A stretch of DNA of 64,000 bases from Campylobacterales bacterium (lineage in GTDB: Bacteria > Campylobacterota > Campylobacteria > Campylobacterales > Nitratiruptoraceae), in the NCBI GenBank assembly GCA_027024145.1, contig JALVTF010000062.1, positions 12,649-76,648 on the forward strand, given 5' to 3'. Below are positions 56,596 through 64,000 of the stretch, piece by piece (the first letter of the stretch is position 1; each line of letters opens with the position of its first letter). Below the pieces are notes generated by a model that was given only the letters and a program-made list of their open reading frames with translations, made no database searches and had not been told where the DNA came from. Both the position numbers and the translations under genes were made by a program.

Positions 56596-57423
56596 ATGGA
56601 CTACTATCTTGTATTGGCTCTTATCTTCCTTATTCTCGCGCTCCTCTATGGGTTCTATCTGATCCTCATCTATCTTGGGACCGACGGGCGCTACCATCTC
56701 TACAAGCGTTTCAAACCTTTTCCCAAAGCCTACAAAAAAGTGCTGCTGGAGCATTTCCCCTTCTACTCCAAGCTGCCGCGCTTCCTGCAAAGGCGCTTAG
56801 AAGCGTGCATTATGGTCTTTGTCAAAGAAAAGGAGTTCATCGGGCGCGGTATCGAAATAGATGAAGCCAAAAAGGTGCTCATCGCCGCCAACGCTTGCCT
56901 GCTTACCATCGGGCATGATCGATGCGAATACAAGCACGTCAAATCGATCTTCGTCTATCCTGAAGCGGTTTTTAAGAAAAATCGCATCCAAAATGGCTGG
57001 ATCGTGACCGAAGAGGGAGAGGTGCTCCTCGGCGAAGCGTGGCAAGGCGGCGAAGTGGTGCTCAGCTGGCGCGATCTTGTCGCGGGGGATGAGAATCCAA
57101 ATGACGGCAAAAACGTGGGTCTGCACGAATTCGCGCACCAGCTCGATATGGAAGATGGCGTCGCAGACGGCACACCGCCGATGCCGCTGCGCAACTACAA
57201 GCACTGGACCAAGGTGATGCGCCGAGAATTTCACAAACTCCAAGAGCTCTATAAAAAACATAAAAAAGGCTTTTTGGATTACTATGCCCTCACGAATGCC
57301 GCCGAATTTTTCGCCGTAGCCACCGAAGCCTTTTTCGAAAAGCCAAAGCAACTGCAGCGCAAAGAGCCTGAGCTCTACGAAGCACTCAAAGAGTATTACC
57401 ACCTTGATCCTGCATCATGGTAA
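56596..57423 (+). CDS. MtfA-like zinc metallopeptidase (peptidase M90 family) with an N-terminal TM anchor
   Basis: HEFAHQLD zinc motif and the NAAEFFAVATEAFFEKP C-terminal motif. Confidence 0.8.
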   Translation: MDYYLVLALIFLILALLYGFYLILIYLGTDGRYHLYKRFKPFPKAYKKVLLEHFPFYSKLPRFLQRRLEACIMVFVKEKEFIGRGIEIDEAKKVLIAANACLLTIGHDRCEYKHVKSIFVYPEAVFKKNRIQNGWIVTEEGEVLLGEAWQGGEVVLSWRDLVAGDENPNDGKNVGLHEFAHQLDMEDGVADGTPPMPLRNYKHWTKVMRREFHKLQELYKKHKKGFLDYYALTNAAEFFAVATEAFFEKPKQLQRKEPELYEALKEYYHLDPASW

Positions 57424-57430
57424 GCTTTGC

Positions 57431-57436
57431 TATAAT
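57431..57436 (+). promoter_or_regulatory. Extended -10 (TGcTATAAT) upstream of hemJ
   Basis: ttTGcTATAATtttt, 20 nt before the ATG, with SD AAAGGAA. Confidence 0.4.
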
Positions 57437-57456
57437 TTTTCAAAAAAAGGAACACA

Positions 57457-57891
57457 ATGGAGTACTACCTCTGGATCAAAGCCTTCCACATTATGAGCGT
57501 AATCAGCTGGATGGCAATGCTCTTTTATCTACCCAGGCTCTTCGTCTACCACGCAGAGCATCGTGATAACGAAGGCTTCGTGGAAGTGGTCAAAATCCAG
57601 GAACACAAACTCTACTACTTTATCGGTGTTCCCGCCTTTTGGGCCAGTCTGCTAAGCGGCGGTGCGATGATAGCACTGAATCCTGCCATGTTTCATAGCG
57701 GCATGTGGCTGCACATCAAACTCACAGCCGCGCTGCTTCTTGTGCTCTATCACTTTTCTCTGCGCAAATTCCTCATCGCCTTCAAAGAAGGTCGCTGCAC
57801 CAAAAGCGGCAAGTTCTTTCGCTTCTACAACGAAGTGCCCACCATTCTCATGATCATCATCGTCATCATGGCTGTGGTCAAACCCGTATGA
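57457..57891 (+). CDS. hemJ: HemJ-type protoporphyrinogen IX oxidase (UPF0093/CopD-like)
   Basis: YLWIKAFHIMSVISWMAMLFYLPRLFVYHAE; 4 TM segments. Confidence 0.8.
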   Translation: MEYYLWIKAFHIMSVISWMAMLFYLPRLFVYHAEHRDNEGFVEVVKIQEHKLYYFIGVPAFWASLLSGGAMIALNPAMFHSGMWLHIKLTAALLLVLYHFSLRKFLIAFKEGRCTKSGKFFRFYNEVPTILMIIIVIMAVVKPV

Positions 57892-58652
57892 AGATAGCGC
57901 TGGCTCTCAGTGGCGGCGGTGCGCGCTGCCTCGCGCAGCTTGGCTACATCGAGATACTGCAGGAGCGTCTCGGCATCGAGATAGCGGCACTGAGCGGCAG
58001 CAGCGGCGGTGCCATCGCGACAGCCTTTTTGGCTGCAGGCTACACAAGCAGCGAGATTCTCACGATTCTCCAAACGTTTCCTTTTCACAAAATCCGCTTC
58101 AACATCCATCGCGGGACCCTCTTTTGCCATGAGCGCCTCTATGGGGAGCTACGAACGCTCGGTATCACCACTTTCGAAGCGTGCAAGATCCCTATCTTCA
58201 TCACCCTTACGGACTACGAGAACTCCCGGACGCATTACGTCCACAGCGGTGACTTGGCGCGTGCAGTGTTGGCTTCCAGTGCCCTGCTGCCGCTCTTTTG
58301 TCCTATCGAGTTCGAAGGACGCCACTACATCGACGGCGGCATCACGGACAACCTCCCCCTCTCACCCCTTCGCGATCAGCCCTACTTCAAAGTGGCTATC
58401 AATGTCAACCCTCCGGATGTCTCGCGCTTTGGTAGAGGATTTTTGGGCAATTACAAGCGCGCCTGCTACATGATGCTGGGCGCCAACATCGCAGCCTCCA
58501 TTCCCTTAGCCGACCACTACGTGGTGATAGAAGGGTGCCAAAAATTTGGTATACTTGAAAGACGAAGTTTCGCTACCATCTATGAGCTTGGGAAGCGGCG
58601 AGCCCTGGAAGATATAAAAGTGTGGGAAGAGCTATGTTCGAAAAACTTTTAG
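57888..58652 (+). CDS. Patatin-like phospholipase
   Basis: GGGARC oxyanion motif, GSSGG nucleophile elbow and the DGG catalytic Asp. The ATG overlaps the hemJ stop (ATGA). Confidence 0.88.
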   Translation: MKIALALSGGGARCLAQLGYIEILQERLGIEIAALSGSSGGAIATAFLAAGYTSSEILTILQTFPFHKIRFNIHRGTLFCHERLYGELRTLGITTFEACKIPIFITLTDYENSRTHYVHSGDLARAVLASSALLPLFCPIEFEGRHYIDGGITDNLPLSPLRDQPYFKVAINVNPPDVSRFGRGFLGNYKRACYMMLGANIAASIPLADHYVVIEGCQKFGILERRSFATIYELGKRRALEDIKVWEELCSKNF

Positions 58653-59125
58653 ACAAAATCATCGACATCACATTCGAAAAACCCAAATACCCCATGCGTT
58701 TTCGCGAGCTCATGGAGGCCAACCGCATCCTCATAGACAACCTCGAAATCGCAAATATCCCGGGACTCAAATTTTGCCGCCTCAAACTCTATGCCATCTA
58801 TTTCGTGCTATGGAACATTCTCATTATCCCTCTTACTCTTATCTTCCACCCCTTTTTGGCCAAGATGAACTGCCACATAGCCATTATTTTAGCTATCATT
58901 TTTACATTGCTCTTTTTTGGCACCTATAAAATCTTCGAAAATCGCATCAAAGAGCGTGCAGCGCTACGCCTCATCCAAGAGGGATGGAAAAACTATCTTC
59001 CCCACTTTCCCTATGAAAAATACCATCAAGAGGTAGCCCAAATCTACAAAGAGGCGATCGACCGCGATATCCCTAAACACAAAATCGAGCAGTACATCAT
59101 CGACCGTCTGATCGAGTCCAACTGA
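58634..59125 (+). CDS. Hypothetical membrane protein (2 TM)
   Basis: ORF with the SD GGGAAGAG. It overlaps the patatin 3' end by 19 nt. I recognise no family. Confidence 0.5.
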   Translation: MFEKLLDKIIDITFEKPKYPMRFRELMEANRILIDNLEIANIPGLKFCRLKLYAIYFVLWNILIIPLTLIFHPFLAKMNCHIAIILAIIFTLLFFGTYKIFENRIKERAALRLIQEGWKNYLPHFPYEKYHQEVAQIYKEAIDRDIPKHKIEQYIIDRLIESN

Positions 59126-59513
59126 TTTTGTGCCCAAATCCCAACCTATTGTCCGTCATCTTGGCCCAATCGATCACAAAAGCCCATATTTCGGGACGCA
59201 TCGTGCGTGCCATGGGAAACGTGGCAAAATAGAGTTGTCGCTGCCTTGCATCTGCTGCATACACCTCTCCCAAAAGCTGCACGCCTTGGATCTTGGCCAC
59301 ATCCGAGGTGCAAAGAAAAACATTTCCCGCACAGCGAGGGTGCGCGAGTGCTTCGCGCATATGGCGTGTCTCGGGGTCGCTGGCGAAGATGAGTGCGATA
59401 GCCTCTTCGTCGAAAGTGAAGAAACACGAAGCGCAGTATGGTTCGTCAGATGAGAGTGTCGCGAGGGTGAAAATATGCTGCGAGCGTAAAAATGAGGCTA
59501 TATCTTTTCGCAT
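59097..59513 (-). CDS. Pyridoxamine 5'-phosphate oxidase-like FMN-binding split-barrel protein
   Basis: IFTLATLSSDEPYCASCFFTFDEE...IQGVQLLG pattern of the PNPOx-like family. ATG at 59513. Confidence 0.6.
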   Translation of the reverse strand: MRKDIASFLRSQHIFTLATLSSDEPYCASCFFTFDEEAIALIFASDPETRHMREALAHPRCAGNVFLCTSDVAKIQGVQLLGEVYAADARQRQLYFATFPMARTMRPEIWAFVIDWAKMTDNRLGFGHKISWTRSDGR

Positions 59514-59518
59514 TTGTA

Positions 59519-59525
59519 TATAATA
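59519..59525. promoter_or_regulatory. Overlapping divergent -10 elements in a 17-bp intergenic region
   Basis: Plus-strand TATAAT (59519-59524) lies 6 nt before the ATG at 59531. Minus-strand TGcTATTAT (hexamer 59520-59525) lies 6 nt before the ATG at 59513. Confidence 0.35.
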
Positions 59526-59530
59526 GCACA

Positions 59531-61198
59531 ATGAGAGTTATTCTATTGCTGATTTTTGCCGTCAATCTCTTCGCAGCCCAGTACACCATCTCTTTTATCG
59601 GCAATACCACCTTTTCCAAAAAACGCCTCTACGAAGAGCTTGGCTTTACGCAAAGCTGGAAAGATAAGCTCTTGCGCCGTCCCTTCAAACCCAAAGTGGA
59701 TGAAAAGCTCCTGCCGACCCTCCAAGAGGAGCTCGAAAACTTCTACCAGGAGCAGGGATTTTTCGATGTCCATGTGGATGTGCTTGTACAAAACAATCTT
59801 GCAATTTTTCGCATCCACGAAGGCAAACCCATTATAGTGCGTGAAATCTCTATGACTTCAAATTTCCCTCTCCACGCACCTTATAAGAAAAATGAGCGCT
59901 TCATCATCCCGAAATTTACCGAGTTCAAAAAACGCGTCAAAAAAAGACTCCTCGCAGCAGGGTATTGTAGCTACGATTTTAATCCAAAAGCCTACGTCTA
60001 CAAAAAGCAGCATGCTGCATATATCTCCATCTACCTCGATAAAGGCCGTATCTGCAAAATTGGCACAATCACCGTGCACAATCTCACTCGCCTCAAAAAG
60101 CGTGTCATCCTCTCTCACATCTTCGTCCAAGAAGGCGACGAATTCAACCTCACCAAAATCGAAGAGAGCTACAAAAAGCTCTACTCTTTGGAGTATTTCG
60201 ACCAGGTGCGCTTCGATTACACGCGCAAGATACAAAACAGCGTCTTTTTCGATATCTATACAAAAGAGCGCCAAAAGCGCAATATCTATCGCGTAGGCGT
60301 CGGTTATGAGAGCGACCAGGGCGCGGTCGCCTCGTTCAACTACCGCCATCTCAACTTTCATGGCAATCAAGTCACGCTCAATCTCAAATACTCCAAAATC
60401 CAACGCGAAGCATCCCTCGCGCTATTCACCCCTTCTGTCTCCATCGGACCTTTTATGCCCGACATGGTCAATAAACTGGGCTACTACTACGACACCTACG
60501 ATGCCTTTACGAGCCGTACCTATGCTTATAGCCTCAAATTCCTGCGCGAGTGGTACCACTGGAGCTACGCTTTGGCACTGCATGTGGAACGCACCGCCAT
60601 CACCCATGCCAGCCAGTGCATCAGTGATCACACCTACACCCTCATCTATCCCAAGGTCTCCCTTTTGTGGGATAGGCGCAACGACAAGCTCTTCCCTACC
60701 GCCGGATACTATCTCCTCGGCTCGTTCGAATCCTCGATCAAGAGTTTTTCGAATGCCAACTACGCCAAAGCCACTGCCGAAGCGGGCCTCTATCTGTCCA
60801 TGGGAAGGGGCGATCTCTTCGCGCGCCTACGCAGCGGCCTCATCGCCAAAAGCGGCTCTTTGCCACCTACCAAATACTTCATCGCAGGCGGTGTCAAGAG
60901 CAACCGCGCCTACGGCTATCGCTCCATCTACGCCCTCGATAGCTCCTGCCAAATCGGCGGGAAGTACCTCCTTGAGAGTACCCTCGAGTATCGCCATCCC
61001 ATCAAGAGTTTCTACGGCGCGCTCTTTTGGGATCGCAGCTACGTTGCTCGCTCTTTTTCGCTAGCGAACTACCGTGACGGCGTCGGAATCGGCGTGCTCT
61101 ACCCTTCTGCTATCGGGACGATGAAAGCCTATTTTGGCATCGATCCCAAACATCCCAGCCACTCGCAGCTGAGCCTCTACATAGGAGCGGCGTTTTGA
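59531..61198 (+). CDS. Omp85-family outer membrane protein (TamA/BamA-like)
   Basis: Signal peptide MRVILLLIFAVNLFAA, POTRA-like N-terminal region, and a C-terminal beta-barrel ending ..LYIGAAF. Confidence 0.8.
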   Translation: MRVILLLIFAVNLFAAQYTISFIGNTTFSKKRLYEELGFTQSWKDKLLRRPFKPKVDEKLLPTLQEELENFYQEQGFFDVHVDVLVQNNLAIFRIHEGKPIIVREISMTSNFPLHAPYKKNERFIIPKFTEFKKRVKKRLLAAGYCSYDFNPKAYVYKKQHAAYISIYLDKGRICKIGTITVHNLTRLKKRVILSHIFVQEGDEFNLTKIEESYKKLYSLEYFDQVRFDYTRKIQNSVFFDIYTKERQKRNIYRVGVGYESDQGAVASFNYRHLNFHGNQVTLNLKYSKIQREASLALFTPSVSIGPFMPDMVNKLGYYYDTYDAFTSRTYAYSLKFLREWYHWSYALALHVERTAITHASQCISDHTYTLIYPKVSLLWDRRNDKLFPTAGYYLLGSFESSIKSFSNANYAKATAEAGLYLSMGRGDLFARLRSGLIAKSGSLPPTKYFIAGGVKSNRAYGYRSIYALDSSCQIGGKYLLESTLEYRHPIKSFYGALFWDRSYVARSFSLANYRDGVGIGVLYPSAIGTMKAYFGIDPKHPSHSQLSLYIGAAF

Positions 61199-63798
61199 GG
61201 TGGATACTCCTTTGCATAGAGCTGCTTTTGATATTCTTAGCCGCTGCACTCTACACAGAGATTCGCTGGCATGTTGTAGAGCGAATAATCGATGACTACC
61301 TGCATCGCAACCATATCTCCATGCATATTTCCTGGCCCGATCTTACGAGAATAGAGCTTAGTGACATTCGCTACCACCAAAAACCGCTCGCCAAAGGTGC
61401 GCGCATCGATTTTGCACTGCTGCCACTTTTTCAAAAGCAGATCCTCATCAAACATCTGCTCATCACCGATCTCGATGGCAACACCCTCACCTCCATCAAA
61501 CTCCCCCACGCATCTTCGAAAAAACCGACCAAGCTGCCTGTGACGCTCCTGATCAAACGCGTCGATGCCACAGCACACTACCGCCACACAGGCCGCTACG
61601 ATGCCAAACTCACTGCCACAAATGTTACTCTCCAAAAGGCTACAATCCGCAGCCTCACTCTAAGAACTCCCTACGGCAAGATCCACGCACACGGCAGCTA
61701 CGCAAAGCAGGCGCTGCAGCTGCGCCTGAGGGCCATACCCGCCAATCTCCCTGTGCAGCTGCGCACCACCCCCATCACAGGCTCTGTGCATATCGACGCA
61801 AAGGCGTTGCGTTTTGATCTATCTGCCAAAAAAGCGACGCTGCAAACTCTCGCTATCTCGCAGCTGCACGCCAAAGGAACATATGACTACGTCAAGCTCG
61901 CTGCCGATATCGACGCCACCCTCGCAGCCTACAAATCCCAAGCCACTCTGCAAGGAAAACTCCTCTACGACACGACGCTGCACTACCAAGCCCACGGCAC
62001 GCTCACCAACGCTCCCTATACCCAAGCGCTGCGCTACGATGCGTACAAATCCTTCGCCTACGAGATCCAAGGCAACCTGCATACACTCCAAGCGACTCTT
62101 GCCAACGACACCCTGCGCGCTTCGGCACACCTTCAAGATTTCAAAAGTTTTCGCCTTCATATCGCGCCTTTGCAAGCAGCGCGCCTCATCGCGCAAGCAC
62201 CCAAAGACATGCGCCTCAGCCTCGATGCGGAGGGAACTCTCAACACTGCGAGCTTGCATCTATCGAGCAACTACTTCGTAGCCGACGCGAAAGTCTCGCC
62301 TCACAATCTCTCACTCAAAGGCCGCTTCCTCAAATCCTACGAAGATATCGCTTTGGCGCATCTTGGCGATGTGACACTTCATAGCGACTACCACACCTAC
62401 CATCTGCGCACCCGCCTCTTCGCAGCCGATTTCACATCCGATCTCCAAGGCCAGGTGCACTTCAAAAACGCCACCATCACCATAAAAAACGAAAAGCCCC
62501 GCTACCTCGTCACCTTCACCACCCCTTCGCTGCAGCACTTCTTGCAAGAGCTCGCACAGCTCTACCCTCTGCCAAGACTACGCAATATCGACGCCAAAAC
62601 CACACTCCATTTGCTGTACGACACGCAAACGAAGAGCTACAAACTCTCCCTCGATGCCAAAGGCTTCAAAGGCAAAAAACTCAATCTTTTGGAGTACTGC
62701 ACGGCCAATCTCCATGGCGATATGCACAGGCTCATCATCGATTACTACGCCGTGGTGTACAACCACCACGGCCTCTATGCCACTAAGCCATCGAAAATCT
62801 TTTTCGATGACTCTCACATCACAATCGATCCCTTGTGGATAGAGGACAAAATCCAAATCACCGGCTCGTACGATACGGCGCGCAAAAGCGGCATCTTCCA
62901 TGCGCATACTCGTCGCTACACCTATTCCTCCATCGAAGGGAAGCTCACGCTTTCTGGTAATCTGCATGCCACCATCACTGACGGCCGCAGCGATATCGAA
63001 GGCCACGTGCGGCTCCACAGCGGTCTCATTACCTATAAACCCCAAAAAACACGCATCGTCAAAGACAAAGACATCATCATCGTCGACGAAATCCAAACCC
63101 AAAGCAACTACTTTTATGACAATGTAGCGCTCGACATCCACATCGATGCCGAAAAACCGATTCTCTATAAAATCCCCGGCCTCTATGCACTGCTGCGTCC
63201 CGATATATTGGTGTACAAAGAGTATCAAAAGCCTCTGCAGCTGCTTGGCATCGTCACAATCTTGCGCGGCAAGTACGACATCACAGGCGGCTATCTCGAT
63301 ATCTTGCCCTCGCAGCTGAGCTTCTACGGCCCACCCACCGATCCGATGTTGGAGCTACATCTGCGCACCAAGAAAGATCGCTACACCATCTTCATCGACA
63401 TCGGCGGCAACGTGGAAAACCCCATCATGCACTTTTCGAGCGAACCCTACCTCAAACCAAACGATATTTTGGCACTTTTGGCATTTGGCTCCGGCAGCAG
63501 TTCACTGGGCCAAGCTTTGGGAGGTGCGCGACTGACATCCATGCTCTCCAATCTCTTTATCAAAGATGTCTTGGCAAACTTCGGCATCAAGCTCGACACC
63601 CTCTCGATCCTCACCACAACCCACGGCATCGGCTTCGAGGTAGGTACACACATCACCGACAAAATCAGCGTCGTCTATAAAAACGACGAGATCTCCACCG
63701 TCATCATCCGCTACCAAATAAACGGCCACATCGAGACCGAAGCGATTTTCGGCCCTAATCGCAGCGGCGTGCACATCTTTTACCAAAAAAGTAAATAG
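61195..63798 (+). CDS. TamB-like translocation and assembly module protein (C-terminal DUF490-like region)
   Basis: N-terminal TM anchor, a long beta-rich body, and the C-terminal GGNVENPIMHFSSEPYLKPNDILALLAFG. The TTG start overlaps the TamA-like stop. Confidence 0.75.
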   Translation: MRWILLCIELLLIFLAAALYTEIRWHVVERIIDDYLHRNHISMHISWPDLTRIELSDIRYHQKPLAKGARIDFALLPLFQKQILIKHLLITDLDGNTLTSIKLPHASSKKPTKLPVTLLIKRVDATAHYRHTGRYDAKLTATNVTLQKATIRSLTLRTPYGKIHAHGSYAKQALQLRLRAIPANLPVQLRTTPITGSVHIDAKALRFDLSAKKATLQTLAISQLHAKGTYDYVKLAADIDATLAAYKSQATLQGKLLYDTTLHYQAHGTLTNAPYTQALRYDAYKSFAYEIQGNLHTLQATLANDTLRASAHLQDFKSFRLHIAPLQAARLIAQAPKDMRLSLDAEGTLNTASLHLSSNYFVADAKVSPHNLSLKGRFLKSYEDIALAHLGDVTLHSDYHTYHLRTRLFAADFTSDLQGQVHFKNATITIKNEKPRYLVTFTTPSLQHFLQELAQLYPLPRLRNIDAKTTLHLLYDTQTKSYKLSLDAKGFKGKKLNLLEYCTANLHGDMHRLIIDYYAVVYNHHGLYATKPSKIFFDDSHITIDPLWIEDKIQITGSYDTARKSGIFHAHTRRYTYSSIEGKLTLSGNLHATITDGRSDIEGHVRLHSGLITYKPQKTRIVKDKDIIIVDEIQTQSNYFYDNVALDIHIDAEKPILYKIPGLYALLRPDILVYKEYQKPLQLLGIVTILRGKYDITGGYLDILPSQLSFYGPPTDPMLELHLRTKKDRYTIFIDIGGNVENPIMHFSSEPYLKPNDILALLAFGSGSSSLGQALGGARLTSMLSNLFIKDVLANFGIKLDTLSILTTTHGIGFEVGTHITDKISVVYKNDEISTVIIRYQINGHIETEAIFGPNRSGVHIFYQKSK

Positions 63799-63852
63799 CG
63801 CTCCTCTTGCGATTTTAAGGCTGCGATGCTACACTTCCAAAAATTTGGAGAG

Positions 63853-64000
63853 ATGATGAAAGAAGCGATATTGTTCGATCTGGATGGCACCCTCATCGAT
63901 AGCGCACCGGACTTAGCAGCGAGTCTCAACCACACCCTCGCTACGCTGGGACTGCCCACGTATGATCTGGCTACCGTTCGTAGCTGGATAGGCGGGGGAG
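63853..64000 (+). CDS. HAD-superfamily hydrolase, phosphoglycolate phosphatase-like (5' fragment running off the window)
   Basis: Hand translation: MMKEAILFDLDGTLIDSAPDLAASLNHTLATLGLPTYDLATVRSWIGGG. DxDGT motif. SD GGAGAG. Confidence 0.75.
   Translation, partial: MMKEAILFDLDGTLIDSAPDLAASLNHTLATLGLPTYDLATVRSWIGGG

Noticed and set aside
60306-62281. Alternative-frame ORFs inside the TamA-like and TamB-like genes (60306-61064 and 61814-62281 on the plus strand; 59858-60403 and 61819-62259 on the minus strand).
   Set aside because: Their compositions (S/T/P/A-rich or R-rich) are typical of off-frame reading, whereas the annotated frames give Omp85-like and TamB-like sequences.

Overview
Chromosomal segment of a mid-GC Campylobacterota-like (epsilonproteobacterial) genome. 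The phylum call rests on gene content and synteny read by eye, and no species call is possible.

Most of the window is the translation/transcription core.
- Minus strand, 6.0-23.4 kb: tRNA(Thr-Tyr-Gly-Thr)-tuf-rpmG-tRNA-Trp-secE-nusG-rplKAJL-rpoB-rpoC-rpsL-rpsG-fusA-cupin-tRNA-Arg.
- Minus strand, 23.4-29.5 kb: tkt-ispA-ybaB-panD-ferredoxin-murE-hyp-nfu.
- Minus strand, 29.6-43.4 kb: the S10-spc-alpha cluster rpsJ...rplQ, with no rpmD and no adk.
- Right part: a degenerate AAA-like ATPase, rnhB and DUF2130; a minus-strand TPR-rnhA-rnc-aroC-dedA-yjfB unit; a dnaG / PP-loop / dgkA / nhaP / NRAMP operon; tRNA-Ala; an M90 peptidase; hemJ; a patatin; and TamA/TamB-like genes.

I found 7 tRNAs and no rRNA, CRISPR array, transposase, integrase or long repeat.

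The only accessory-looking block is 1.7-5.9 kb, next to tRNA-Arg. An HTH-S24 (LexA/CI-like) repressor heads a tightly coupled operon encoding a GGDEF cyclase, a PrpE/ApaH-like phosphoesterase and a Mut7-C RNase. The operon is divergent from an atypical Y-family polymerase. This is my best candidate for an undescribed system, but the functional link is inference only.

Smaller observations:
- a probable ATA start codon;
- several apparently leaderless genes with back-to-back or overlapping -10 boxes;
- structured spacers inside ribosomal-protein operons;
- an intrinsic terminator abutting tRNA-Trp;
- overlapping 3' ends at every convergent gene junction.

The rest of the window is ordinary housekeeping DNA.
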